From: Saprolegnia diclina VS20
Lineage: Eukaryota
Length of the DNA stretch: 33,519 bases
Direction of reading: 5' to 3'
NCBI RefSeq assembly: GCF_000281045.1
Contig: NW_008246075.1
Span: 674,670-708,188 of the forward strand
Below the pieces are notes generated by a model. That model saw only the letters and a program-made list of their open reading frames with translations, did not search any database and had not been told where the DNA came from. Position numbers and translations under genes: made by a program. Shown in pieces: positions 10,153-22,483 of the stretch; position 1 is the first letter of the stretch, and the number at the start of each line of letters is the position of its first letter.

Positions 10153-12272
10153 TTAGTGCTTGGCGCCGAGCCGGGCCTTGCGCTCTTTCTTGGCGATCGT
10201 CTTGGGGTTAAAGTGGCCCTTCTTGTGCATCGACTTCCACTTCTGGCGGCCCGACGTGCTCTTGCCGACACCGCGGTCGCCGTACGTGATGCGGTCTTCT
10301 TCCGCCTCGGGCTTTTGCTCGTCGTGCGTAAACGTGTGCAGCGGGTCGTTGTCGGTGCGGCGCTTGTGGTTCTTCTTGCCCGCGTAGTTGACATTTTGCT
10401 TGCGCTTCTTGGCCGGCGCCGGGGCCTGGAGCGCCGACGGCACGAGGTACGTCGGAATCGTGGCCAAGTGCGGCTGGATGCGGGCCTTCCCGACCGTCTT
10501 GTCGTGCTGCAGCAAGTTGAGTTCGCGCGGGTGGTCCTCGAAGTGCGACCGGAGCTTCTCCGAGTTGAGCATCTCCTTCTTCACGTCCGAGAGCTGCGCC
10601 TCGCGCACCGCGACGTTGGTCACCGCGCGACGCACGTCTTCGACGCGGTACCGGAAGCAATCGATCTCCTGCACGTTGAACGCGAGCGGCGCCGGCTGCT
10701 TGACGAGGTCCTGCGACTCGAGGAGGACCGGCGCTTGGCGCGACTGGACCTTCTCCAGAATGCGCTTTTCGTTTGCGTCGTCGGTCGCGACGAGCGAGAG
10801 CGCCGTGCCCGACGCACCGCCGCGCGCCGTACGACCAATCCGGTGCGTGTACGACTTGACGCTCGACGGAAAGTCCATGTTGATGACGAACGTGACGCCA
10901 CGGAAGTCGACACCGCGGCTGACACCAAAGCCCTCGGCTTCATGCTTGCCCTTGGTTGGCTTGGACGCCTCGTCGTCGTCCTCGTCATCGTCGCCAAACG
11001 CACCAAACTCGGGCTCGTCGTCCTCGCCATCGAGCATGTTTTCGTTCTCGTCGTCGTCGTCTTCATCTTCATCCTCTTCCTCATTGTCGTTCTCTTCGTC
11101 GTCGTTCTCGGCGACGTCATCCGCGTCATCCGCGTCTTCCTCTTCTTCTTCCTCTTCTTCTTCCTCTTCCTGTTCGTTTTCATTCTCCTCGTCCTCGTCC
11201 TCAGCTTCTTCCTCGTCCGAGTCGGCTTCGTCGTCCTCGCCTTCGTCCTTGTCGACGCTGTCGTCGGTCGCAATCAAGAAGTCAATCATGCCCTACATGA
11301 GATCTGAGTGCTCATGACAACACATGATGAAGGACAAACCCGGTTGAACTGCTGGATGATGTGCTGGCGCGAGTTGTGCGGCAGCTTGGCGTTGAGGACC
11401 GCGGCCTTGATGATAAACTGCTCAAAGAAGAGCTTGAGGCGGTACGCGGCCGCGGTCGAGTTGACGAAGAAGATGACTTTGCCGTGGATCACGCCAAGCT
11501 TGATGAGCGCGTAGGCGAGGAGGTCCTTGTCCTTCTTGACGACCGGGAGGTAGTACTGCTGGAGCTTCCCGTCGCTGTGGCCTTCCTCGAGCTTGACGAC
11601 CGCGGGGTTGTGCAAGACGGCCTTCTTGAGCGCGTCGAGCTCCGGGCTGAGCGTCGCCGACATGAAAAAGTGCTGGCAGATCTTGGGCAGCGCGTTGAAG
11701 ATCTTCTTGACGTCTTCACCATAGCCAAACGAAAGCACCAAATCCGCTTCGTCCATGACGACCGTGTGCACCGAGCTCTTGAGGTCGACATTGCCAGCCT
11801 CAAGATGCACCACGAGACGGGACGGCGTCGAGATGAGAATGTCAGGCACGTCACGCAGCAGCGCCTGCTGCGCACTCACGCTTTGGCCGCTGAGACCGAG
11901 CACTGAGACCACGTCGCGGCAGTAGTACATGAGCTCCCACAAGTGGGCACGCGTCTGGTCCACGAGCTCCTTCGTGGGCACAAGGATGAGCGCCTTGATC
12001 GACTTCTTTGTCGACGGCGTGTGAGCCGCGAGGATCTTCTGCAGCACGGGCAGGCAGAAGGCAGCGGTCTTACCCGAGCCCGTCCGCGCGCGCACGAGGA
12101 GATCTTTGCCCTGGAGAGCGAGCGGGATGCAGTGCTTCTGGACGAGCGTCGCATGCACAAATTGCATCTTGGCGCAGGCCTTGCTGAGGCGCTTGTCAAG
12201 GCCAAAGCCGCACGCGCTGAACGGGACGTCGCCATCGAGCAGCGACGTGTTCACTCCGCTCAAGGCCGCCAT
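10153..12272 (-). CDS. DBP9: DEAD-box RNA helicase DBP9/DDX56 (60S biogenesis); 2 exons
   Basis: Exons 12272-11340 and 11292-10153 (47-nt intron). Motifs ARTGSGKT, VPTKEL, STP, DEAD, SAT, HRIGRTAR, plus family signatures DEADLVLSFGY, GVSRGVDF, FRYRVED, EMLNSEKLRSHFEDHPREL. Confidence 0.95.
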
Positions 12273-12720
12273 GCTACAACGATGTTCAATTCTGCCACCA
12301 TTCACTGGTCCGTAGCCCAATCGGAGCCCAACCACCAGACCACCAGTATCGCTCGATGCCATTGGTTGTTTCGCGATCTTTCCAGCCAATCCAATTCGTT
12401 CTCGTGATGCAAATACGATTTTACACCAATCAACGCGCTTAAAACCTGCCAATTTTTGCCAATCCAGTGCCGGCAACGGGACCATCGTTCGCATTCGGCA
12501 AATGCCACGTCTGCGAGGCCGCAGCGCGGTTCCGCGACCGCTACCAAGCATTCACCAGCAATCGACCGAGACGACATGCAACACGAGTTGAAAAGACGAG
12601 TGAAATGCACTGCACTTCGGCATACTGGCTGGTGACTCAAGGTATTTCCGTGAAAGGTACCCAGGTCGGCACGTGCCGATTTCTAGAGTTGGAATGCCGA
12701 ATTGAACATCGCGACGGCCA
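12273..12720. promoter_or_regulatory. Divergent promoter region (DBP9 / PPR) rich in CCAAT boxes
   Basis: Head-to-head genes about 450 bp apart; CCAAT at 12317, 12386, 12391, 12426, 12449, 12459 and ATTGG at 12361. Confidence 0.6.
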
Positions 12721-15685
12721 ATGAAGCGCGTGACGAAGGTCGTGGAGCAGTCGACGCGGGCGCTGCTCGACCGGGTTCGTCACGAACGGGTGGCCTTGAA
12801 CCGCGACGAGTTCAACAAGCTCATCGCCAACACGGGTCGTTGCTTCTCCAGCCGCGAAGCCCATGAGGTCTTACAGCTCATGGCAAAGCACATGCGGCCC
12901 TGTCCCACGAGCCACAGCGGCGTGCTCCAGGCCCTCGTTCGTGAGCGCAAGCATCGCGAGGCGATGCGCTACTTGGAGTCGCTGCCGCCCACAGATCTGA
13001 GTACCAATTTGTTCAACATTGCCATCCTCTCGTGCGGCCATCGCGGCGACCTCGCCGACGCGCGTGCCTTGTATGGCTCGATGCGCCAGCACCAGTTCGC
13101 CCCGAACGCACAAACGTACCAAGGCTTGATCCAAGCGTGTATAGCGTCGCGGGACGTCGTTGCGGCCGAAGACTACTGGGCGACGATGCTCGCCGCCGAC
13201 CTCGCCCCCACCAGACCCGCCGTACGCGCACTCTTGGCCATCTACCACGATACCGCCGTGGCGGTGCGGGCGGCAGCTACGACGCCACGAAACCCGCCCC
13301 TCGATCTCTCGCTGTGCGTCAGCCTCTGCGACACGATACGGGCCGTGGCGCCCAGCGCGCTGCCCGCGTTCCCGTTCGAAATGCTGCTCGATGTCGCGGA
13401 TACCACGCATGGCATGAGCCTTTCGGGCGAGATGGCCCACCTCGTACTTGACGCGCTGCCCACATGCCATCTCTCGCGCTGGCTCGATAAGATTGCTCCT
13501 CTCCCGATCGGCATGGACGGGTCGCTTTTCGATGCGGCACTGCAGCGTTGCGCCGACGAAGGGCTCCAAACCGACTTTTTCTACATCCTAAGAGCTCTGC
13601 GGGCCCGCGCGTACGACCACAGCGAGCCGACACATCTCTTGCTTGACGCAAAGAACAACGAGCTCATGGCCTCGCGCCGCTGCTCCTCGCTGGTTCACTA
13701 CGATGTGCACGGCGATCGATGGACAACAGAGATGGCCAATAACTGGCTCCGCGATCTGCTGCGACACCGACCGGAGGACGCACTCGCCCATGTGCTTTGC
13801 ATTGTTGACACAATGGCCTCTTCGCTCGTGCCGCCACCGAACGCAGCGACCTACAACGCCTTGCTCACGGCGTTGCACGAGAGTGACGGGCGCCATGATC
13901 ATCTCTTTCTCGGGCTCTTTGAGGCGATGGTTGCTGCCAACGTCTTCAACGACGAGAGCGTCACCCTCGCGCTACTGGCGGCGCGCGACCTCGGTGCCGT
14001 GCACCGGGTGCAATCTTTGCTACGGCTCGTGGCGGCCCCGAGTGACAGCATGTATGCGATCGCGATCGACACGCTCGTGCGCGCAAATGACGTCACTGGT
14101 GCCTTGCGCCTCTTGGCCGCCATGCCAATGAAAGCATCGCCGTTCACGTATGCAGTGCTCTTCAAAGGCCTCAGCGCGCGGTACATCGTGTCAGTCTGTT
14201 TCCCGCTCACAGACGAGGTGTGTTAGGAAGGATACGAGCGCGGCGCTGGCGCTTCTCGAACACATGGAGGAAGCCCACGTCGGGACGCCCGAGGTCGCCG
14301 GGCTCTTTTCGCTCGTCCGCACGTTTCGCCGCACACCCGACGTGGTGCTCGCGCTGCTGCGGCGACTCACAAAGTACCCGTTGGATGTTGGTGTCTACAA
14401 TGGCGCCTTGGACATCTTTCGTCGGCACGGCATGTACAGCGAAGCCGCCGACGTGCTTCGGCTCATGGTATTACCATATATTCCTTGCCGCCAAAACATG
14501 GCTCACGGGCTATATGTGTAGGCGGACTTTACCGTGGCGCCGTCCAGTGACACCCATGTCCTGTACCTCTTGACGTGTGCAAATGCCAAGAAGTTCTCGC
14601 TCGCGATGCGATACCTCGGCACGATCGACGACGCGTCCGTCGACGTCTTCAACGCCGCGATCGAGGTTTGCGGCCACACGAAGAAGCCGCTCGATGCTCT
14701 CCAGGTCTTTGAGGGCATGCAAGTGTGCGGCGTCTCGCCCAACCAAACCACGTACCTCCGGCTGCTCCACGCGCTATCGCCGCACGGCGACGTGGCTCTG
14801 ATGGAGACCATTGTGGACGAGATGCCGCCGCACTTTGTCGACGAGCGCATCTGGAACCGGCTTCTCGACGGCTGCGGCTATGCGCGCTTGCCCCACGCCG
14901 CGTTGCACCTCTACGGGCGCCTCGAAGCGGCGACTCGTCCGTCGATTGTGTCGGTGAACCTCGTGCTCCGCGCCCTCACCACATCCAAGGCCTTCCCGTT
15001 AGCAGCGATGGAGACCTTTCTAGAGAATGCCATACGACGCCATGGTCTTGTGCCAAACGTCATTACCTACACGACGCTCCTTGGCCAGGCCATGCACGAA
15101 GAGCGATATGCCGACTGCCAACGCCTCTTTGACGCCCTTCAAGCCCAGACGACGCCGGACGCGACCAGCTTTGCGATGCTCTTGCGCGCGTTTCATGCTG
15201 CGAACCGCGACGAGTGGAGCGTCGATGCGCTCCTCGAGACGTTCTGGGCCATCCAAGCACACTTGAACGACGCAATGTCGTATGTGGGCGTGCTGCGGGA
15301 GCTCGCGGCTGCCGGGCGACCGGACGATGCCCACGCGGTCTTGCGCTGCATGGAAGACCGGGGCCTTCATGCGACGGAGGCCTGCACGCTGGTCATGCGC
15401 CTCTTCAACGACGCGGGCAAGCACTCGCACGTGTGTGCGATCTACGACACGATGCAGCGCCGCGGTATGCAGCCGTCGCCCGAGACGACGATCGAGATGG
15501 TCGTGGCGCTGGAAGCCGGCCAAGAATGGGTCCGCGCGACAGGCCTCTTTGTCAAGCTGACGCAAAAGCACCCGACGCTGCCACACGAGAAGCTGTCCCG
15601 GGCAGCCATTGGCCGCTACTACATTCGGTCCAACTCGCTCCCGAGCCGCCTTCCGCTGCAAGTCGACGACGACAACCAGGCATAG
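12721..15685 (+). CDS. Pentatricopeptide-repeat (PPR) protein, likely mitochondrial; 3 exons
   Basis: Exons 12721-14180, 14227-14467, 14522-15685 (introns of 46 and 54 nt). Repeated PPR units: FNIAILSCGHRG...APNAQTYQGLIQAC, PNAATYNALL, VFNAAIEVCG...SPNQTTY, VPNVITYTTLL, PDATSFAMLL. Basic N-terminus. Confidence 0.9.
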
Positions 15686-15838
15686 ATTGCGCTGTACACT
15701 AGACGATACACTGGCTAAACACTGTTTCCAAATCAAAATCCAAATCTGACCGCTCGATAGGGATTGGTCAAAATAGTGCGAGTATCGACCAATCGGTGGA
15801 GTGCTTGATTATTTCGCCCGGCCGACCACACGCCCACC

Positions 15839-17077
15839 ATGGCAGCCTACCTCGCGACGTCGACCCACCTAAACAACTGGGTCTTCACCGAGGACCAGCT
15901 CCGGACCATCGGCGCCTTGAAGATGAACAAGTGCCACAAGCAGCTGCAGCTGTGCGAGGCGAGTCCAACGTTGGCGCGCAAGCCGCGCTCCTTTGCGTGC
16001 CTCCTGCCAGCGTCGACGAACGCCGTCCTGGACACGACCGATTGGAACGATACGCTCGAAGGTACGCGCCGTGGCCTACGTAGCGAAGCTCATGGGACCG
16101 TTTGCAGAGCTCGACGTGCCGCCGAACGAGCTCGCGCTGCTTACGCTGGCCGAGGAGGCGCTCGTTTTGAACTTTTACCAGATCCAAGTCCAGGATAGCT
16201 GTACGCGCCTCTTCCGGACGTCCGACAAAGTCAAGGTCCATCTCCCGTCTTTATGGCGTCGCTTACATCGAGTGCCGTAGTCGGCGGCGGTCGTGCTCTT
16301 CAAGCGCTTTTACCTCTCCAACAGCGTCATGGAGTTCCATCCCAAGTACATTGCGCCAACTGTCATTTACGTTGCAGGCAAGGTCGAAGAGCAGTACATT
16401 AGCGTCGACTCGATTTCCGAGCAGCTCCAGGTGCGCATCGCTTCTGCTTTCAAGCAAATTATCCACGCGTTATCTAGGTCGATGTGAACCAAGTGATTGC
16501 GCACGAGATGGTCGTACTCGAAGGCGCCCGCTTCCAGCTCATCATGTACCATCCCTTCCGCGCGCTCACGGGCTTTATCGACGACATTCGCGCCTTCTAC
16601 AAGTCGCGCGGCGTCGACCTCAAGATCCCGACGCTCCAGAGCCTCCACGCCAGCGCCACCGCGTGCATCAACGATCTCATCTTGACAGACGCGCCGCTGC
16701 TCTATGCACCCGCATGCCTCGCACTCGCGGGACTGCAGCTCACGGTCGAGTCGGCGCCCGAAACGTACGCGTCCATCTGCATGGACGAGTACCTCGTGCA
16801 GTGCAAGCGCGGCCAGCAACACCCGAGCGAGGTCGCGGCGATCCATAACGTGCTCGCCCATGTCAAGCAGCTCAAGGAGGCGCGCGACGCGGTTGTCGAG
16901 GACCAGGCGCAGGTGAAAGCGGTGTACAAGAAGCTCAAGAGCTTTCACAAGGAGGCGGCGGCCGCAACCAAGCGAAAGGACGCGCCCGAGGACACCAAGG
17001 ACGCGAAGAAGAGCAAGAAACACAAAAAAGACAAGGACGCCAAGAAGAGCAAGAAGTCCAAGAAGCAAGACGAGTAG
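15839..17077 (+). CDS. CCNH: Cyclin H (CAK/TFIIH subunit); 4 exons
   Basis: Exons 15839-16061, 16108-16235, 16281-16430, 16478-17077. Signatures YLATSTHLNNWVFT, LTLAEEALVLNFY, AVVLFKRFYLSNSVMEFHPKYIAPTVIYVAGKVEE, EMVVLEGARFQLIMYHPFRAL. Lys-rich tail with a duplicated KDAKKSKK (16997-17055). Confidence 0.93.
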
Positions 17078-17628
17078 ATTGGCAATCCGCGATTGTGTGC
17101 AACTACTGTCGCTCCTTCTCTTCCTATGTTGCTCCTTCGCCTCGCAGAGCGCCTTCAATGTGGCACAGAGAGCGACGCCACATGCACTGTACGCGCGGAG
17201 GCAATGTGGTCGGATCCTCGCATCGCAGTGCTACGCACACGCTGGCGACAGCAGCGCGCTTGAGGTGGAAAGGTCCGTTTCCATCGCGCAGTTTGAGGTC
17301 ACTTTGCCTCACTGCAGCGGCCCTTGCTGATGGCACCGGCGTGGCTGTCGATCGCTACGCATGGATACCGCGAGTGCTTCTTGGCGGATGGCGGCCAAGT
17401 AGCTTCGGTGCTGCTAGCTGCCAAATCTGCTGCCATGAGATCTGCTGCTGCTGGATGATGCGCAGGCGCTTCGCAGCTGCTTGGGTCGAACGTGGCGATG
17501 GGATTGGACCAATCAGGTGCCAGCAAAGCCGTAAAAGAGGCGGGGATCTTTTGCGAACAACAAAAAAACGCCCTTTCTTGACAGTACTCGTTGTAGTCGA
17601 AGCGCCACTTCGCACTTGAGTTAATACC

Positions 17629-18069
17629 ATGGGCCAGTGCTGCTCCAAGAAGCACGTCACCGACGTGGACGACGACGCCAAGCAGGTCGTGCGCACGCCG
17701 GCGCCCGCGCTGCAGATCTCACCGTCCGACCCAGTCGGGTACGCTGGCCTCGCGACGACAACGGCCGAGCCCACAGACGCGGTCGTGCTCTCGTCGACGG
17801 CCGAGATTGTCCACGACAACAATTCGCCGTCGGGTTCGCCGGCCAAGCCCGAGAAGCAGCCGTACGACCCGACCCATGACGAGACGCATGACGAGCCGCA
17901 GCAGCAGCAGTATGTGCGCCCCGAAGACCGGCCGATCGAGTCGCTCTTTATCCGCGAAGAGCGTAAGCGGCTGGCGCGCATACAAGAGGAACTGCGGCTC
18001 GAGCGTGAAGCCGCCAATGCCAAGTGGGTCCATGAGCTCGCAGAGAAGAAGCGCGAGTTTTATCCGTAG
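17629..18069 (+). CDS. Small protein with predicted N-myristoylation/palmitoylation and a C-terminal charged helix
   Basis: Starts MGQCCSKK (G2, CC, S6, K7); disordered middle; helix EERKRLARIQEELRLEREAANAKW; CCAAT boxes upstream at about 17503-17513. Confidence 0.8.
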   Translation: MGQCCSKKHVTDVDDDAKQVVRTPAPALQISPSDPVGYAGLATTTAEPTDAVVLSSTAEIVHDNNSPSGSPAKPEKQPYDPTHDETHDEPQQQQYVRPEDRPIESLFIREERKRLARIQEELRLEREAANAKWVHELAEKKREFYP

Positions 18070-18110
18070 GGTGGATTTATTATGTAATATGTATCTGGAC
18101 GTCGTCGCCT

Positions 18111-20289
18111 TTACAAAAGCGGACTTGCCTCGAAGCTGCTCGTGTGGCGAAGGACACTGTGGTGCAGGCCATAGCAGAGGTACACACTCACACCGAGAAA
18201 CATCCAGACGCCGACACCGACCCTAATCATCATCGTGACGGAGTCGTCGACAGAGAGAGCCTGCACACACCATGCCGCAAGGGGGAGACTGGTCATCATG
18301 TAGACGTTGCAAAAGATGCCGAGGCACGGCACGAGGGGCACCCACGGGCACTGGAACGCTCCCGCGTCTTCGAGAGACCTACGCGGCAGCATGCATCAAT
18401 GCATCATACATTTATAAATCGGCCGTACAGCGGTCGGGGACGACCCGAGAGAAGCGCCAAAAAGGCCACCGCGCAGAGCAGACCCGCAAACACTTGGAAG
18501 AGCCAGTGCGTCGACCAGACGAGCGTGAGCGCAAACGCAAAGGACGATAGAACAAAGCCAAAGTTGCGCCACGGGAACGACACGCGGCTGCGCGGCACGT
18601 CGGCTTCGAAGCGCAACTCCAAGACGCCCGCGTTCACAAAGGTAAAGACCTAGCTCATATATAGTGATATGCGAGGATAGAAATGGCGGTACCATGAGGG
18701 TGCCGCACGAAATGACATTGGCGAGGAAGTCGAGGTCAAAGAAGAACGCAATGACGGCCACGAGGAGGCCCGTGAGAATTGTGCTCCAGTATGGCACCTA
18801 GGCACGTGCCATTTAAGGAATCATTTTTAAACAGTCGAGAGTATACCCGCGTGGTCGCGTGCAACGTCGCGAGTGGCGCGGGCAAAAGTCCCTAGTTGAT
18901 CAAGAATAAGATAAGACGACAAGAACTGAGTGGCACATATTACGTCTTTGGCCATTTGATAGAAAATACGGGGCTGCCCCATAAGGCACGTAAACGCCGC
19001 AGTCGTGAGGCCAAACATCGAGCCAAATGAAATGACGTGGCACACCTACAGATCACATAATCAAACTCAATACAACTCGAGCCGTAGTACCCAGTTGAGG
19101 CCGTGAAAGTCAAAGGCGTTCACCAAAGGCACTTGGGTGCCCAGCACAGACACGGGCGCCATCCTACAACCCGCGCCGTTCGCCGCGGCATTGCGAAAAG
19201 AGGGTACGTACCCCGTCACGACCAACGAGACGCCGACGTAAATGGACATGGAGATCAAGAGCGACCCGATGATACCCCGGGGCACGTTTTTTTGCGGGTC
19301 GGGCACTTCCTCGGCAAGGCATGCGACCATGTCAAAGCCCAAGTACGAAAAGAAGATGACTCCAGCGCCTTGCATGATGCCATGGACACCCTACCAGACC
19401 CGTGAAATCTGAAAACTCGAATCGGTTGCAAACCTCGGGCGCAAACGGCTCCCAGTTGGTCGTCTCGACATGGTAGCTCCCCACGGCAATGACGAGGAGA
19501 AGAACTGCAATGTTGAGGGCTGTCACGGCAGCGTTGAACTTGGCCGATTCCTAAAGCAGAAATACATTGACCCTAACGACGACGCGACGCTACGGTCACA
19601 TACATGCACACCAGCGAGCAAGATGACGCTCAGCACGAGGATCAAGACCGCGGCGATGCTGCTGCAGGGCGTGCCGAGACCAAGGTCCATGGCAACCCAC
19701 GACGGCGGTACGACGACACCGAATTGCTACAGTCATTCGCGCGTCGGCTAAAGACGAATCATCCTTTCGTACCTGCAAGAACATGGTCACATAGGACGCC
19801 CAGCTGCGAGCAATGCCGGCTAGCCCACAGAGGTGAGGTTCGAGTGACATATGCATGAGGACGTACCCGACGAGATGCCATAACCAAGCGTGAGGTTCCA
19901 GCCAATTAGCCACGCCGCGAGTTCGCCAAACGTCACGTAGACAAAGGTGTAGGCCGACCCGGTAATCTACGCCACGTATGAAATAGGCTGGCGTGTTGCA
20001 TCCGACACTACAGTACCGGAACGCGCGCCGCAAACTCCGAGTACGTCAGTGACGTAAAGATGCATGCAATGCCGCCGATGAGAAAGGAGATGGAGATCGA
20101 CGGCCCCGTGATCTCGGCGCCAATGCCGATGAGCGAATAGACGCCGGCGCCGACAGAGCACCCGACGCCGTAGCAGATGAGGTCGAAGGTTGAGAGGCAG
20201 CGCTTGAGCGACGCGGACGGCGACGACGGGCTATGCTTCGCGCTCGGAAGCGGCTTGATGCGGCCAAACGACTGCCACCACGACGCCAT
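18111..20289 (-). CDS. Cationic amino acid transporter (APC superfamily, CAT/SLC7-like); multi-exon
   Basis: LKRCLSTFDLICYGVGCSVGAGVYSLIG, YSEFAARVP, SAYTFVYVTFGEL, GAGVIFFSYLGFDMVACLAEEV, MGQPRIFYQMAKD, LANVISCGTL, FQCPWVPLVPCLGI, YLCYGLHHS. About ten short introns; internal boundaries not all fixed. Confidence 0.93.
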
Positions 20290-21994
20290 GCAAGCTCTCG
20301 TACGCGGTCGATGCAAGATTGAAGAGTCCGCGCCTGGAATTCTTGCGGTGGATCTGGCACCTGGATCAGCGGACCAATCAAATGCATCCGAGGCACCTGC
20401 CACTTTAGTCGTCGCTACCGACTAAAGGTTGAAGCCGCCCAAGTTCAAGTTGGGGTGATCTCAAGGAACGATGGGCGTGGAGTGCAGCCGCCATGATCGT
20501 TCCATGGAAGGATACACATCATGACGCGCAATGAGTGTCGCGAGGGCGTTGTAGCAGACATTCAACTGCCTCCTCCAGGTTGGTGGCGCACATTGGCGAA
20601 GCCCTTGACCTACTAAACCCATAAGCAACTAAACGATTAAGGTGAGTCGATTTTCGCGAGGCGCAAGTCGACGCTTTCAAAGTGGCCACTTGCGCCACAC
20701 GCCCATCCCCGACACCAGAATGCACAGCCGTGGGTGACACGGCTGTTGCACTTGACATGAACACACCATGCGACTGCGTTTCCTCAACGAGCCCATTCAT
20801 TAGCTGAGATGTCGAATAAGTGCTGCCCACAGACCTCTACACACATAGATTTCCGCCAGAAACAATACTGCCAAATGCAAAGGGACATCCAGTCAGCTCC
20901 ACCGTGTCATGACCAAGATGAGCCACTTGGTTGACTACTTTGTGTCGCCGAGAGATGTCCCCGCAGCATCCTTCTTGATTGTTGATGGGCTGCGGTACCG
21001 GAGTGGGCGTTTGGCACAATTGAATTCAAGGTGAGGTCAACGTGCAAGAGGGGGCGACACACGTTTGCACAGTGCTTAGCTTCGCCAAACTTCTGCTCGA
21101 GGACGGCAGTAGCTCGCTCTGATTTACTATGTCCATGCTCCTGGAGGAAATATCGAGTGCGAGAAGCAAAACGGCGCGATGGAAAAGACTCGATCTCGCA
21201 CGGGCGCATGCATGGGGCAGCGATTTCAATCGCGTGGCCTGGCTGCGAAATTCGACTCTCCACTACCACCATTCAAAAGCTCAATAATTGCATGTGAGGC
21301 GCAGCGTCGCGGCGTTCGTTGGTCCATGAGAGTGCCCTACGTCGCAATGCCAACGCCTGGATGGAGGCAGATGCATGAAAAGGTCCTCGTCTCCAAAAAT
21401 GCTGGCTGGGTTGTGTAGAACCACATTGGTCACCGATTGTGGCGGGATGTACTAGCGTCAGCATTATTCGCGAATGTCTCGACCTGTCGCGACCGCACCG
21501 TCGGCGCTCTGTCAAATACTCCTTCCAGGAGGCATGTCCATTGCTTTCGATTTTGCCTTGCTCCTCGTGCACCCTCGTCCTCGACGCCGCGCGCTGGTCG
21601 TTTGTGGTGCTGCCACGTCATTTAGCACGCTAGCTCTACTGCACACTATTCTACATTTCACTTGTCTAACTCACCACGTTCAAGTCGGCGCCGCAGAGGC
21701 AGGGTCGGTGCGAGTCGTTGGGAGAGGGCCGATGCCTCGTGGTGTAGTATATTTGCGAGAAACACCCAAGAGCCAGCCATGGCGGGCAATGGCCGAGACT
21801 TGGAATAAAATACGACTTGTGCGCGGCCTCCCACAAGTATACAAACTCGAAGTGTTCCGAGCCATGACAGCCCGCCGTCCGCGCACCATAGTAACGAAGT
21901 GCAGACCCAGATGGCAACAGACACGGCCCAACGGAAACCCTGGCTCGGAGTTTGTGGCGAGTGCCCACTATTCCGAGACGACGCAAACGAAGAC

Positions 21995-22483
21995 ATGACC
22001 AAGCGGCTCCGCTTCTCGACCGTGACGACGTACGAGTTTCCGCTCACGTACGGCGGCAGCGCCGTGCCCGAGGCCACAGGCCCACCGATCGGGCTCGCGC
22101 CTGTCCACGTGCACGAGACCGTGGCGGCGCTCCTCGCGTCGCCCGCGCGCCGCGGCCGCGTGGCCAAGTGGCCGCACGACGCCCGCATGGAAGTGCTGAA
22201 ACGAGCGGCGTTTTCGCCGCAAGAAATCGCCTCGATTTGCTTTGAAGCGATCGACATTCGCCGCTCGCGCCTCGAGACGCTCGACGAGATCCAAGCCCTG
22301 CGAGCCACAGAGCTCAAGCAGAAGCGGCGCGAGCTGCGCCAAGCCCGACGCGACGCTCGGCAGCGTGCAGCGCTTGAGAAGAAGCAGGTCGTCGATGACA
22401 CCGACGACGCCAAGGAATTGATCAACGACGACGACGACGCGGCGCCAAATGCAAAGCGACCACGCGTCGACGAAGCCAACTAG
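21995..22483 (+). CDS. Small protein with a CSRNP-N-like motif and a coiled/charged C-terminus
   Basis: MTKRLRFSTVTTYEFPLTYGGSAVPEATGPPIGL resembles the CSRNP N-terminal motif (V.F..V..Y.F....G...VP..GG..LG). Followed by RMEVLKRAAFSPQEI...IRRSRLETL and an NLS-like AKRPR. Confidence 0.7.
   Translation: MTKRLRFSTVTTYEFPLTYGGSAVPEATGPPIGLAPVHVHETVAALLASPARRGRVAKWPHDARMEVLKRAAFSPQEIASICFEAIDIRRSRLETLDEIQALRATELKQKRRELRQARRDARQRAALEKKQVVDDTDDAKELINDDDDAAPNAKRPRVDEAN

Noticed and set aside
10156..11317. Long plus-strand ORFs (383 aa and 309 aa, poly-Ser/Phe) opposite DBP9
   Set aside because: Antisense shadows of a GC3-rich, acidic low-complexity CDS.
20430..21900. 1.5-kb region with many short ORFs on both strands; possible degenerate gene or transposon remnant
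   Set aside because: No recognisable domain, terminal repeat or consistent splice model.
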